Of a stretch of DNA of 64,000 nucleotides, positions 54,802-64,000 are shown piece after piece. The notes under the pieces are model-generated. The model did not search any database, was not told the origin of the DNA, and was given only the letters and a program-made list of their open reading frames with translations. Each line of letters opens with the position of its first letter. Within the stretch, counting starts at the first letter, position 1. A program made the translations under genes and the position numbers. Source of the DNA: an uncultured Bacillales bacterium (GTDB lineage Bacteria; Bacillota_I; Bacilli_A; RF39; UBA660); assembly GCA_948433085.1 (NCBI GenBank), contig CAOJDP010000003.1:5787-69786 (forward strand), in the 5' to 3' direction.

Positions 54802-57519
54802 ATGAAAACAAAAAAATTTCTCTGTTTGTTATTGCTGATTGGAATATGTGTTGTGTTTCAAATGGAAACAATTTCTGCAGAAGTAGCAAATGATCGTTTT
54901 TACGAGGGAGAATACATTTATGGAACTTACTATAAAAAAGTAAAGAATGGAGTTGGAAGATATGAAACTGCCCGTTTTTTAAACCGATCGGATGGCGAGT
55001 TTGTCTATTGTCTACAGCCATTTATAGAATTTGTAAATGGGGAATTACAAACGGCATATGATGAGGATTATGCGCTAGTAACAGGACTTACAGAAGAACA
55101 GTGGAGTCGGATAGCATTACTCGCTTATTATGGCTACCAGTATCGCCACCATACAGATTCTAAATGGTATGCGATTACGCAATTATTAATTTGGAAAACA
55201 GTAGATCCCAATAGTGATATTTATTTTACGGATACATTAGATGGAAATCAGTTGTCTCTTTATGCATCAGAAATTAAGGAATTAGAACAATTGATTTTTA
55301 ATCATGAATTATATCCTGATTTTGGCAATCAAAAAATGATATTGTCACCAGAACAAACAATAGTACTTACAGATAATCATCATGTTTTAAATCAGTTTTC
55401 TGTCAATCATGATACTGATATTTTCGCGCAGATTAGTGGAAATCAACTTATAATTACAGCAAAGTATTATGGGAATTATCAAATCAATTTGGTAAAAAAA
55501 GATTCTCTTTATGCAATACCGCCAATAGTATATGTGGCAGAAGAAGGGCAGGATGTATTCACAGTAGGGTCATACCCACCTTTACAAAAACAGATTACAA
55601 TTGAAGTGGCAGGTGGGAGAATTCGTTTAAAAAAAGTAGATCGTGAAACGACGATTGCGCAAGGTGATGCGTCTTTAATGGGAGCTATTTATGAAGTATA
55701 TGATCAGAATCAAAATTTAATTTCCACATTATACATTGATGAAAATCAAACAGCAGAAACAGATTTATTATCTTATGGATTATATACCATTAAAGAAGTC
55801 AAAAGCAGTACAGGATATCATTTAAATCCAAAAATTTATGAAGTGGAATTGGCTTCTGATTATGCAAATATTGTAGTGGAAGAAGATGTGATAAAAGGAA
55901 ATATTCAAATTACAAAGCTAGATTCCAAAACAGGAATTTGTAAACCACAAGGAGAAGCTTCTTTAGCAGGTGCAGTTTATGGAATTTATAATTCGTCTAA
56001 TGTATTGGTAGATCAAGTAACAATTGGAACTGATTGTATTGGTTTTTCTAAAAAATTACCATATGGTATTTATGATATAAGAGAGTTAACTAGTAGTAAA
56101 GGCTATTATGTAAGTGGAGAATTACATAGTGTATATATACAAGAAGAAAAAACTTATTCGGTCATTTCAAAGGAGCCCATTATTGAAAATGAATTTGAAA
56201 TATATAAATTTTATGGAATAGTAGGTACAGAGAAGATTCGCGTAGAACCAAATGCAATTTTTGAATTAATAGATTATAACAATCAAGTGGTAACTACAAT
56301 TACAACGAATGAAAATGGATATGCTAAAATAAAATTGCCATATGGTAATTATAGATTACATCAAGTTTCTGGTGTAAAAGGGTATGAATTACTTGATAAT
56401 TTTTTATTTCAAGTTAATGAGACTTCACGAAATTTACAAATCTATTATTTTCATAATGGGATTTCAGCTGCTAAGTTAAAAGTAATTAAGATAGATAGTA
56501 ATACCAAAAAAACTTTATCCAAAGCAAAATTTAAAATTAAAAATTTGGATACTAACACTTATATATGTCAAACAATAGATGAGACGATTTGTGAATTTGA
56601 AACCAATGAGGAAGGGTTTATGATTACTCCTTTTCCATTAGAAATTGGAAATTATCTTTTGGAAGAAATAGAAGCGCCTAATGGATATCTGTTATCAAAA
56701 CCTGTTCATTTTTCTATTCGAAAAAACGATGCTTCTTTTATTGAAGATGATTTCTATGGACCACTTTTTCAAATTGTATATGAAAATACACCAATAGTTG
56801 GACAAATAGAAATTTCCAAATTGGGGGAGAAGATTATAATAAACGAAGATACATTCATCTATAGCTCAATTCCATTAGATAAGGTTCAATATGGTATATA
56901 TAATCAAGAGGGAATTTTAGTTGAAATATTGATAACCAATACAGAAGGTTATGCGAAAAGTAATTTTCTGCCATTAGGTATTTATTATTTAAAGGAAATT
57001 AAAACTTCAAATCAACATGTATTAGATGAAACCGAATATTTAGTAGAGTTATCTTCTGTGGATCCAAATACACCAATCATTTTTTCAAAAGTTTCATTTC
57101 AAAATCGTTTAGCAAAAGGAAATCTTTGGATTCAAAAGGTAGATACTGAAACAAAGTTGGGAATTGCAAATACGAAAATTGCAATTTATACAGAAGAGGG
57201 AATATGTATTCATCAGGGGGTAACAGATGCGGATGGTAAACTTTTTCTTTCCAACTTATGGATGGGTAAATTTTATATAGAGGAAGTAGAAAGTGCTGAG
57301 GGGTATCAATTGCGCAAAGAAAAAATTTATTTTACAATTGAAGAAAATGATGAAACAGTAGAAATAATGATGGAGAATGAAAAAATTGGAGAAGTATTAG
57401 GTGTTCATAAAGAAATAGAAGTACCAGATACTTTATTAGTACAACATAATTATTTGGATATTTTTTCTATCTTTTACTTTGCTGGTAGTATTTTTATTTT
57501 GATATATGGGAAGAATTAG
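54802..57519 (+). CDS. Cell-surface adhesin with N-terminal thioester domain (TED) and multiple SpaA/Cna-B-type repeat domains; C-terminal sortase-type anchor
   Basis: Signal peptide. TED motifs YCLQP (Cys, nt about 55009) and AITQLLIWK (TQxxΦW, nt about 55180). At least six repeats of the form G(D/E)ASLxGAxYxxY...GxYxIKExxxxxGY. The C-terminus has a VPDTL motif, a hydrophobic segment and a short basic tail. GGAGGAGA RBS. Confidence 0.7.
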   Translation: MKTKKFLCLLLLIGICVVFQMETISAEVANDRFYEGEYIYGTYYKKVKNGVGRYETARFLNRSDGEFVYCLQPFIEFVNGELQTAYDEDYALVTGLTEEQWSRIALLAYYGYQYRHHTDSKWYAITQLLIWKTVDPNSDIYFTDTLDGNQLSLYASEIKELEQLIFNHELYPDFGNQKMILSPEQTIVLTDNHHVLNQFSVNHDTDIFAQISGNQLIITAKYYGNYQINLVKKDSLYAIPPIVYVAEEGQDVFTVGSYPPLQKQITIEVAGGRIRLKKVDRETTIAQGDASLMGAIYEVYDQNQNLISTLYIDENQTAETDLLSYGLYTIKEVKSSTGYHLNPKIYEVELASDYANIVVEEDVIKGNIQITKLDSKTGICKPQGEASLAGAVYGIYNSSNVLVDQVTIGTDCIGFSKKLPYGIYDIRELTSSKGYYVSGELHSVYIQEEKTYSVISKEPIIENEFEIYKFYGIVGTEKIRVEPNAIFELIDYNNQVVTTITTNENGYAKIKLPYGNYRLHQVSGVKGYELLDNFLFQVNETSRNLQIYYFHNGISAAKLKVIKIDSNTKKTLSKAKFKIKNLDTNTYICQTIDETICEFETNEEGFMITPFPLEIGNYLLEEIEAPNGYLLSKPVHFSIRKNDASFIEDDFYGPLFQIVYENTPIVGQIEISKLGEKIIINEDTFIYSSIPLDKVQYGIYNQEGILVEILITNTEGYAKSNFLPLGIYYLKEIKTSNQHVLDETEYLVELSSVDPNTPIIFSKVSFQNRLAKGNLWIQKVDTETKLGIANTKIAIYTEEGICIHQGVTDADGKLFLSNLWMGKFYIEEVESAEGYQLRKEKIYFTIEENDETVEIMMENEKIGEVLGVHKEIEVPDTLLVQHNYLDIFSIFYFAGSIFILIYGKN

Positions 57520-58078
57520 CATAAAAGTATGTTGGATTTTGCTTGGAATCTTTTTACTTAGTTGGAAAAGGTCAAATACAATTGTTTCTTCCAATTTAGT
57601 AAAGGAAGAAAAAAAGATCGAAACTTTTATGATGCAGGAAGAAATAGGAGAAATTCGATTAGATTCGAGCGAAATGGATTCTTATATTGCAGTGATTGAA
57701 ATTCCTAAAATAGGTTTGAAAAAGGGTTTGTATGCAAAGAATAGCCCATATAATCAAGTGGATCAAAATATTCAAATTCTAGAATCTGATTCTCCTGATG
57801 TTTTGTATGGTAATTTCATTCTAGCAGGACATTCTGGCTGGGGAGAAATGGCTTATTTTAATTATCTTCATCAATTAGAATATCAGGACATCGTACTTAT
57901 TTATTACGAAGGGATTTGTTACCAATATCAAGTTGTAGATATTTATGAAATTGAAAAAACGGGAACTGCTAAAATTAAAAGAAATCCGAATCAAACCGTA
58001 TTGACTTTAATTACATGTAAAGAAAATAATAAACAACTTGTTATTATATGTGAATGTATATATCGAGAACTTTATTGA
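57506..58078 (+). CDS. Sortase (class B-like)
   Basis: N-terminal membrane anchor, catalytic His in ILAGHSG, the active-site TLITC motif and a downstream Arg. Overlaps the adhesin 3' end by 14 nt. Confidence 0.8.
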   Translation: MGRISIKVCWILLGIFLLSWKRSNTIVSSNLVKEEKKIETFMMQEEIGEIRLDSSEMDSYIAVIEIPKIGLKKGLYAKNSPYNQVDQNIQILESDSPDVLYGNFILAGHSGWGEMAYFNYLHQLEYQDIVLIYYEGICYQYQVVDIYEIEKTGTAKIKRNPNQTVLTLITCKENNKQLVIICECIYRELY

Positions 58079-58165
58079 AAAATAATGTTTATGTAACATT
58101 CGTATTTTTATTCAAAATTATTTATTTTTATTACAATAAATTATGTTGTACAATAGATAACTTTC

Positions 58166-58192
58166 AAAGAGGCCAATGCCTCTATTTTTTTG
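58166..58192 (+). terminator. Rho-independent terminator after the adhesin-sortase unit
   Basis: AGAGGC / GCCTCT stem with loop CAAT, followed by ATTTTTTTG. Confidence 0.5.
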
Positions 58193-58211
58193 TGTAAATA
58201 TGTAAAAATCC

Positions 58212-58240
58212 TTTACAAATTATCTTAAAAATAGTAAAAT
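58212..58240 (+). promoter_or_regulatory. mraZ (dcw cluster) promoter
   Basis: TTTACA, 17 nt spacer, TAAAAT. Confidence 0.45.
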
Positions 58241-58249
58241 GATGGTAGT

Positions 58250-58275
58250 AAGTGGTTTAAAGTGGCAAAAAGTGG
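58250..58275 (+). promoter_or_regulatory. MraZ operator: three AAGTGG direct repeats with 10 bp periodicity
   Basis: AAGTGG at 58250, 58260 and 58270, between the -10 element and the mraZ start. This matches the known MraZ-box architecture. Confidence 0.5.
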
Positions 58276-58284
58276 GTGATTCTT

Positions 58285-58716
58285 GTGTTCATGGGAGAAT
58301 ATCATCATACAATAGATGACAAGGGAAGATTGACACTTCCATCAAAAATACGTGAACAACTGGGGGATGAATTTGTTGTTACAAGAGGTTTAGATAATTG
58401 TTTATTTGTATATCCGAAAGAAGAATGGAATCAAGTAATTACAAAATATAAGGAATTACCAAATACCAAAGATGCAAGAAACTTTATGCGCTTTTTGTTG
58501 TCAGGGGCAACCATTACATTGTTTGATAAACAGGGTAGAATCAATATACCAATACCACTTAGTAAATATGCTTCTTTAGAAAAAGAATGTGTAATTATTG
58601 GTGTAAACGACCATTTAGAAATATGGAGTCTAGACGCTTGGAATCAATTTATTGATACCAATGAGGAAAACTTTTCTGATATAGCTGACAAACTATTTGC
58701 AATAGAACTTGGGTGA
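58285..58716 (+). CDS. mraZ: Transcriptional regulator MraZ
   Basis: (V)FMGEYHHTIDDKGRL...VTRGLDNCLF... matches the MraZ double SpoVT/AbrB-like pattern. A GTG 58285 start gives MFMGEY as in B. subtilis; GGGTGA RBS. Confidence 0.9.
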   Translation: MFMGEYHHTIDDKGRLTLPSKIREQLGDEFVVTRGLDNCLFVYPKEEWNQVITKYKELPNTKDARNFMRFLLSGATITLFDKQGRINIPIPLSKYASLEKECVIIGVNDHLEIWSLDAWNQFIDTNEENFSDIADKLFAIELG

Positions 58717-58720
58717 AATT

Positions 58721-59638
58721 ATGCATAAAAGTGTCTTATTAGAAGAATGTTTGTATTACTTAAACTTAAAAGGAGATAGTATAATTGTTGATTGTACTTT
58801 AGGTTATGGAGGGCATAGTAGCGAAATTTTAAAAAGAATACCACAAGGGTTTTTATACGCATTTGATCAAGATCAAGAAGCAATTACATATAGTCAAAAA
58901 CGTTTACAATCCATTTCATCTAATTATGAAATTATTAAAAGTAACTTTGTGTATTTGCAAGAAGAATTGCAAAAAAGAGATATACAAGAAGTAGATGGTA
59001 TTTTATTTGATTTAGGTGTTTCTAGTCCACAATTAGATGAAGATTATAGGGGCTTTAGTTTTCACAAGGATGCGAAATTAGATATGCGTATGGATTTAGA
59101 AAATCCAATTTCTGCATATGAAGTCGTCAATCAATATACATTAGAAGATTTGATTCGTATTTTCAAAGAATATGGAGAAGAAACCTATGCATTTAGTATT
59201 GCATCTAGTATTGTGAAAAAAAGAAAAGAAAAGTCAATAGAAACTACGCTAGAATTAGTGGAGATTATTAAGGCGAGTGTTCCTGAAAAATACAAAAGGG
59301 AAAAACATCCAGCACGTAAAGTGTTTCAAGCAATTCGTATTGAAGTCAATCATGAATTAGAAGTGTTTGAGAATGCATTAGAACAAGCTTTGTCAAAAAT
59401 CAAAATTGGTGGAAGAATTTGTGTGATTACGTTCCATTCCTTAGAAGATCGAATTTGTAAAAACAAATTTAAAGAAGTTAGTCAAGTCGATGTAAGTTTA
59501 AGCAAATTACCAGTTATTCCAGAAGCATACTTACCTAACTTTAAATGTATCAAAACACTAGAAACAAAAATACAAGAACGAAAAGAAAATAATCGTGCGA
59601 GAAGTGCGAAATTACGTGTGATTGAGAGAATAAAATAG
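58721..59638 (+). CDS. rsmH: 16S rRNA (cytosine1402-N4)-methyltransferase RsmH
   Basis: SAM-binding DCTLGYGGHS and FDLGVSSPQLD motifs. GGGTGA RBS before ATG 58721. Confidence 0.92.
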   Translation: MHKSVLLEECLYYLNLKGDSIIVDCTLGYGGHSSEILKRIPQGFLYAFDQDQEAITYSQKRLQSISSNYEIIKSNFVYLQEELQKRDIQEVDGILFDLGVSSPQLDEDYRGFSFHKDAKLDMRMDLENPISAYEVVNQYTLEDLIRIFKEYGEETYAFSIASSIVKKRKEKSIETTLELVEIIKASVPEKYKREKHPARKVFQAIRIEVNHELEVFENALEQALSKIKIGGRICVITFHSLEDRICKNKFKEVSQVDVSLSKLPVIPEAYLPNFKCIKTLETKIQERKENNRARSAKLRVIERIK

Positions 59639-59649
59639 GAGGAGAAAAT

Positions 59650-59946
59650 ATGGCAAAAAAACAAGTAAGAAAAGTACGTATTACAAAAGGTGAAAGATTA
59701 TTATACATAACAGCTGTTCTATGTTTTTCTTTGACCATATTATTAAAAATATTTTGTGGAGCAGGTACCCAACATTTAAGCATGAGTGTTGAAAAAGTAC
59801 GTTATGAAATCAATGATCAAGAAAAACGAAATGAAAGTTTAACAATGCAAGTGAATGAATTAACTGCTTTTGATAAAATTAAAGATGTTGTCAAAGATAT
59901 GGGATTAGCGTATAATAATGATAATATCATAGTCATTGATGATTGA
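59650..59946 (+). CDS. ftsL: Cell division protein FtsL-like (small bitopic membrane protein)
   Basis: 98 aa with a basic N-terminus, one TM helix and a coiled-coil C-terminus. Conserved position between rsmH and pbp. Confidence 0.6.
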   Translation: MAKKQVRKVRITKGERLLYITAVLCFSLTILLKIFCGAGTQHLSMSVEKVRYEINDQEKRNESLTMQVNELTAFDKIKDVVKDMGLAYNNDNIIVIDD

Positions 59947-59954
59947 GGTGTAAA

Positions 59955-62150
59955 ATGGAAAAGAAAAAGAATCACAAAACATGGAAAGTACCAAAATATA
60001 TGTTTTATTTCTTTTTCTTTTGTCTTTTTTTATTGTACATTCAGTTTGCCTATTTATCATTAGCTAAAACTGTATATGGCAAAGATATGGATGTTTTTGC
60101 AGAAACAAGAAATACAGTACATAAAACAATCAAAGCAACCCGTGGACGTATTTATGATATTAATCAAAATATACTTGCACTCAATGTTAGTTCTTATACA
60201 ATCATTGCTCATTTAGAAAAAAGTAAAGTTTATATGGGAGAAAATTATATCAAAAATAATGAAACAGATATCGTTGCAGAACAATTAGCTACAGTATTAG
60301 AAGTAGAAGCAGATTTATTAAAGGGTTATTTCAATCGTGGAAAAGAAAAAGATGTTTATCAAATTGAACTAGGAAGTGCAGGTAAAGGAATCACTGAATT
60401 AAAAAAGGAAGAAATAGAAGCTCTGGGGATAAAAGGAATTGATTTTACAGAAAGTCAAAAGCGTTATTATCCAAATGGTGATTTTGCTTCTTATGTAATT
60501 GGATACGCAAAAGATAACGAAGTTGTAGAAACAGATGAAAATGGAAATGTAGCTAAAATTATAGAAATTGTCGGGGAATTAGGGATTGAATCTAAATACA
60601 ATGATTTGTTAAAAGGAACAGATGGTTTTTTAGAATATGAAAGAGATCGTTATGGATATAAAATTGCAGGAACGAAGGAAACATCAGTAGCAAGTAAAGA
60701 TGGATATGATGTTTATCTTACAATTGATTCTAATATCCAAAGATTTATTGAAACAGCTATCAAAGATACTCAGAATATATATCATCCTGAATGGCTTATG
60801 ATTACTGCTATGGATGCAAAAACAGGTGATATTTTAGGGACAAGTGCGACACCGTCTTTTAATCCAAATTTAAGGGATTTAGTCAACTATGAAAATCCAT
60901 TGATTTCACAACCATTTGAACCAGGATCTACAATGAAAACTTATACTTATATGTGCGCTATGGAAAATGGAAAATATGATGGAAACGAATCATTTTTATC
61001 AGGTCAATATCAAATTGGAGAAGATACTGTAAATGATTGGAATAGTGGTGTTGGATTTGGAGTCATTACATTAGATAAAGGTTTTGAATATTCAAGTAAT
61101 GTTGGAATTGCAAATCTAATAGAAAAACATCTTTCAAGAAATGAACTTCAAGATTGTTTTCAAAAGTATGGTTTTGGTAAAAAAACAGAAATTGAATTGG
61201 CAAGAGAACAAGCTGGAAATATTAAGTTTACTTATCCAATTGAAATTGTAACTGCAGGATTTGGACAAGGAATTACGACAACAGCAATTCAGCAATTACA
61301 GGCACTTACTTTAATTGCAAACGGTGGCAAAATGCTAACCCCACATATTGTCAGTAAAATTATAAATCCTAATACAGGAGAACTTTATTATGAAAGAAAA
61401 ATAGAAGAAAGTGAACAATTAATCAAAACATCTACAGTCACTAAAATAAAGGAATTAATGTACAATACAATTCATGGAAGAGATGCAGGCTCAACAGGTT
61501 ATCCTTATGATATTGAAGGATATGAAATTATTGGAAAAACAGGGACTTCCCAAATTTTTGACAATGCATCTGGAACTTATATGGTAGGAAGTAATGCTTA
61601 TATTTTCTCTTTTGCGGGCATGTATCCAAATGATGATCCTGAAATTATTATTTATGCAGCTATGAAATTGCCTACACATGGTGCAAGTATAGGGCTATCT
61701 ACCGCAACCAAATCTGTAATGGAAAGTATTGCAAAATATAGAAATATGTTTACAACAAATGATAGTGTAGTAGAACAAAAAACATATGAACTGACTTCAT
61801 TTTATAACAAACCAGTAGAGGAGGTTGTTTCGAAGTTGCATCAGAATGGAATTACGCCTGTGGTTATTGGAAATGGGAATCGTGTTATCACACAATCTAT
61901 ACCAGAAGGAACGAGATTAGTAGAGGGAGATACTTTAATTTTATTGACGAATGGAACAGAATATACAATGCCTAATTTATATGGTTGGAGTCGTAAAGAT
62001 GCAGTTTCATTATTTGAACTTTTACAAATACCATATCAAATCGATGGTTATGGTTTTGTTACCAATCAGAGTATCCCTGAAGGAAGCTTAATTACGAAGG
62101 AAATGACCATTTCTTTAATACTAGAATCAAAAATGAATGCAACAACATAG
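59955..62150 (+). CDS. pbpB: Class B penicillin-binding protein (FtsI/PBP2B/SpoVD type) with two C-terminal PASTA domains
   Basis: TM anchor, dimerisation domain and transpeptidase motifs STMK (SxxK), SSN and KTGT, followed by two PASTA repeats. Confidence 0.9.
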   Translation: MEKKKNHKTWKVPKYMFYFFFFCLFLLYIQFAYLSLAKTVYGKDMDVFAETRNTVHKTIKATRGRIYDINQNILALNVSSYTIIAHLEKSKVYMGENYIKNNETDIVAEQLATVLEVEADLLKGYFNRGKEKDVYQIELGSAGKGITELKKEEIEALGIKGIDFTESQKRYYPNGDFASYVIGYAKDNEVVETDENGNVAKIIEIVGELGIESKYNDLLKGTDGFLEYERDRYGYKIAGTKETSVASKDGYDVYLTIDSNIQRFIETAIKDTQNIYHPEWLMITAMDAKTGDILGTSATPSFNPNLRDLVNYENPLISQPFEPGSTMKTYTYMCAMENGKYDGNESFLSGQYQIGEDTVNDWNSGVGFGVITLDKGFEYSSNVGIANLIEKHLSRNELQDCFQKYGFGKKTEIELAREQAGNIKFTYPIEIVTAGFGQGITTTAIQQLQALTLIANGGKMLTPHIVSKIINPNTGELYYERKIEESEQLIKTSTVTKIKELMYNTIHGRDAGSTGYPYDIEGYEIIGKTGTSQIFDNASGTYMVGSNAYIFSFAGMYPNDDPEIIIYAAMKLPTHGASIGLSTATKSVMESIAKYRNMFTTNDSVVEQKTYELTSFYNKPVEEVVSKLHQNGITPVVIGNGNRVITQSIPEGTRLVEGDTLILLTNGTEYTMPNLYGWSRKDAVSLFELLQIPYQIDGYGFVTNQSIPEGSLITKEMTISLILESKMNATT

Positions 62151-62197
62151 TTTACCATTTTAGCAGATTATGATAAAATAAATATAAGGTGATGAGA

Positions 62198-63370
62198 ATG
62201 AAAAAAGGTTTTACACTAATTGAATTATTAGCAATCATTGCACTCATTGGTATTGTTGCTTTGGTTGTATTTCCTGTTGTGTTAAAGAGCATACAAAATT
62301 CCAAACAAAATTTGTACGATATTCAAGTACGCGAAATCGAACAAGCAGGGGAAAAATGGGCAACAGAACATATTCAATATATGGATCGTACGCATTTAAA
62401 TTCGACAGGCGTTTCTTTATATAGTTTGATTTCTGCTGGGTATCTGCAAAGAAGTAAAGTGATGGATCCTAGACATCAAACAGAAATGAATGGTTGTATT
62501 CTAATTTCATATGATTCAAAAATCAATCAATATCAATATCATTATACAGAAGAGGTTTGTAGTCAAGCGATTACAAATGGTTATGTATATGAATTACAAG
62601 GCGACGGATGGAAACAACTTGAGGTGAATCCAATTGCTTCCGCAGCGGATGCCATAATTGATTATTATGCTAGTAATAATTTAATTAAAGCAGAAGGTCA
62701 AATGACAGCTGGTTTTTATGATGAAGGAGAACGTTATGTATTTCGCGGTGGAACAGTGAATAATTATGTAAAATTAAATGGTGGAACAGAAATTTACCGT
62801 ATTCTAAGCATTGATAAATCAACAGGCTCTATACGTTTAATGGGAACAACTGCAATCCCAAATTCATGGGATAGCGAAGGGGGACTTGTATTTGAAAATG
62901 CAAGCATAGTTACTGTACAATTGGATAATTATTATAATAATAGTTCGAATGGAATTCTTTTGCATGCGTCTAAAGTGGAAACAAACGTTAAATGGAATGT
63001 AGGTGCAATTACTGGTGATGCTTCTTACGATGTATTAAAATCATTAGAAAATGACCGTATTGCTTATACAAAAATTGGACTTCCATCTATTAGTGATTAT
63101 GTAGGAGCCTCTCCTGATTTATCTTGTCATTCTTCTATTATATCCGATGCATGTAAACAAGAAAATTATCTATATGAATTATGGAAAGATAAAAATACTT
63201 GGACAATTAATACAGACAATACGCAAGTGTGGTATGTGAATGAAAATGGAATATTGAATCATGCAGATCCGAGTACAATTTATTATATATATCCAGTGAT
63301 TGCACTTAAAAATAATGTTTATATTGAAACTGGTGATGGAAAACCTACAAGTCCTTATATATTTCAATAA
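62198..63370 (+). CDS. Large prepilin-type N-terminal cleavage/methylation domain protein (type IV pilin / pseudopilin-like)
   Basis: Class III signal MKKGFTLIELLAIIALIGIVALVV (the G|FTLIELL prepilin peptidase site) followed by about 360 aa of globular domain. AAGGTGA RBS. Confidence 0.6.
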   Translation: MKKGFTLIELLAIIALIGIVALVVFPVVLKSIQNSKQNLYDIQVREIEQAGEKWATEHIQYMDRTHLNSTGVSLYSLISAGYLQRSKVMDPRHQTEMNGCILISYDSKINQYQYHYTEEVCSQAITNGYVYELQGDGWKQLEVNPIASAADAIIDYYASNNLIKAEGQMTAGFYDEGERYVFRGGTVNNYVKLNGGTEIYRILSIDKSTGSIRLMGTTAIPNSWDSEGGLVFENASIVTVQLDNYYNNSSNGILLHASKVETNVKWNVGAITGDASYDVLKSLENDRIAYTKIGLPSISDYVGASPDLSCHSSIISDACKQENYLYELWKDKNTWTINTDNTQVWYVNENGILNHADPSTIYYIYPVIALKNNVYIETGDGKPTSPYIFQ

Positions 63371-63479
63371 AAATTATTGAAATTTTTTTGTAAATTTTAT
63401 TTAAAAAAGAAAAGAAAGGACTAGAAAAAAATGTTGAATTATGGTATTCTAATATATGGAGTAGAAACTAGGTGTATAG

Positions 63480-63998
63480 ATGGATTTAAGAAGTATAAAA
63501 GAGTTTATAAAAGATACAATTAAATATATTGTGATAGCAGTCCTTGTATTATTATTAATTATTTATGTGGTATCTTTGCAACAAGTAGTAGGACCATCTA
63601 TGAGTCCTAATTATCAAGATGGTGACATTCTTATTTTGAATAAATTGCAATATAGGCTCACAAAACCAACTCGTTTTGATGTAGTTGCTGTCAAATATAA
63701 AGATACCAAATATTTTATTAAGCGGGTGATTGGATTACCAGGAGAAACGATTGCTTATCAAAATGGTATTTTATATGTCAATGGAAAAAAAGTAGAAGAA
63801 AAATTTAAAACAACAGAAACAAAAGATTTTACTTTAAAAGATATAGGATATGAGAAAATACCAGAAGGCTTTTATTTAGTCGTTGGAGATAATCGGGCAA
63901 ATTCATTGGATGGCCGTTCTAAAGAAGTAGGTCTAATCTCAGAAGAAGATTTTATTGGTAAAGTTTTTCTTCGAATATGGCCTTTTAGAAGAAAGTAG
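63480..63998 (+). CDS. lepB: Signal peptidase I
   Basis: Catalytic Ser in GPSMSP, Lys in KRVIGLPGE, and the GDNR box. Confidence 0.85.
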   Translation: MDLRSIKEFIKDTIKYIVIAVLVLLLIIYVVSLQQVVGPSMSPNYQDGDILILNKLQYRLTKPTRFDVVAVKYKDTKYFIKRVIGLPGETIAYQNGILYVNGKKVEEKFKTTETKDFTLKDIGYEKIPEGFYLVVGDNRANSLDGRSKEVGLISEEDFIGKVFLRIWPFRRK

Positions 63999-64000
63999 GA

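Noticed and set aside
54656-55021. 121-aa minus-strand ORF spanning the rpe 3' end and the adhesin start
   Set aside because: It crosses an intergenic terminator and the adhesin RBS, which is implausible for a real gene.
59482-59783. Minus-strand ORFs overlapping the rsmH 3' end and ftsL
   Set aside because: Antisense to the conserved dcw genes.
61491-63367. Minus-strand ORFs inside the PBP gene and the prepilin-type gene
   Set aside because: Antisense shadow ORFs.
1-64000. CRISPR arrays, integrases, IS transposases, prophage structural genes
   Set aside because: No spacer-repeat periodicity, tyrosine or serine recombinase motif, DDE transposase, or capsid/terminase-like ORF was found. The only mobile-element-like genes are the two Rpn nucleases.

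Overview
This is a 64 kb chromosomal window from a low-GC (about 30% GC) Firmicute; the yqfC/yqfD sporulation gene pair is present, so the organism is probably Clostridia- or Erysipelotrichia-like. Nearly all real genes are on the + strand. In order the window holds: the 3' end of rpoC with its terminator; a hybrid sensor kinase and a stand-alone Hpt protein (phosphorelay); two small convergent hypothetical genes; uvrA behind a Cheo/LexA SOS box; an Rpn/YhgA-type PD-(D/E)XK nuclease; a Wzx/Wzy-type surface-glycopolymer locus of about 13 kb; an Rnf operon with a non-canonical layout; murD and ltaS away from the dcw cluster; yqfC-yqfD-vanZ-ybeY-dgkA interrupted by a second Rpn paralog before cdd-era-yqzL-recO; an NrtR-like regulator; tRNA-Ser(GCU) on the minus strand; yidD plus an orphan ZnuA-like lipoprotein; rlmN-stp-prkC-rsgA-rpe; a thioester-domain adhesin with a sortase; and mraZ-rsmH-ftsL-pbp2B followed by a large prepilin-type protein and lepB. 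The glycopolymer locus contains a phosphoglycosyltransferase, 2 GT4, 2 GT2, a Wzy polymerase, a pyruvyl transferase, a radical-SAM enzyme, a Wzx flippase, a GT10 fucosyltransferase-like enzyme and a terminal LCP ligase. The Rnf operon has a fused rnfD-rnfG, an inserted unknown ORF and a truncated RnfB. No CRISPR array, integrase or classical IS element was seen. The most unusual signals are the radical-SAM/pyruvyl/GT10 glycan locus with a G9 slippage tract at the Wzx stop, the rearranged Rnf operon with tiny Cys-rich membrane ORFs and a secreted His-rich peptide, and the two Rpn nuclease paralogs.
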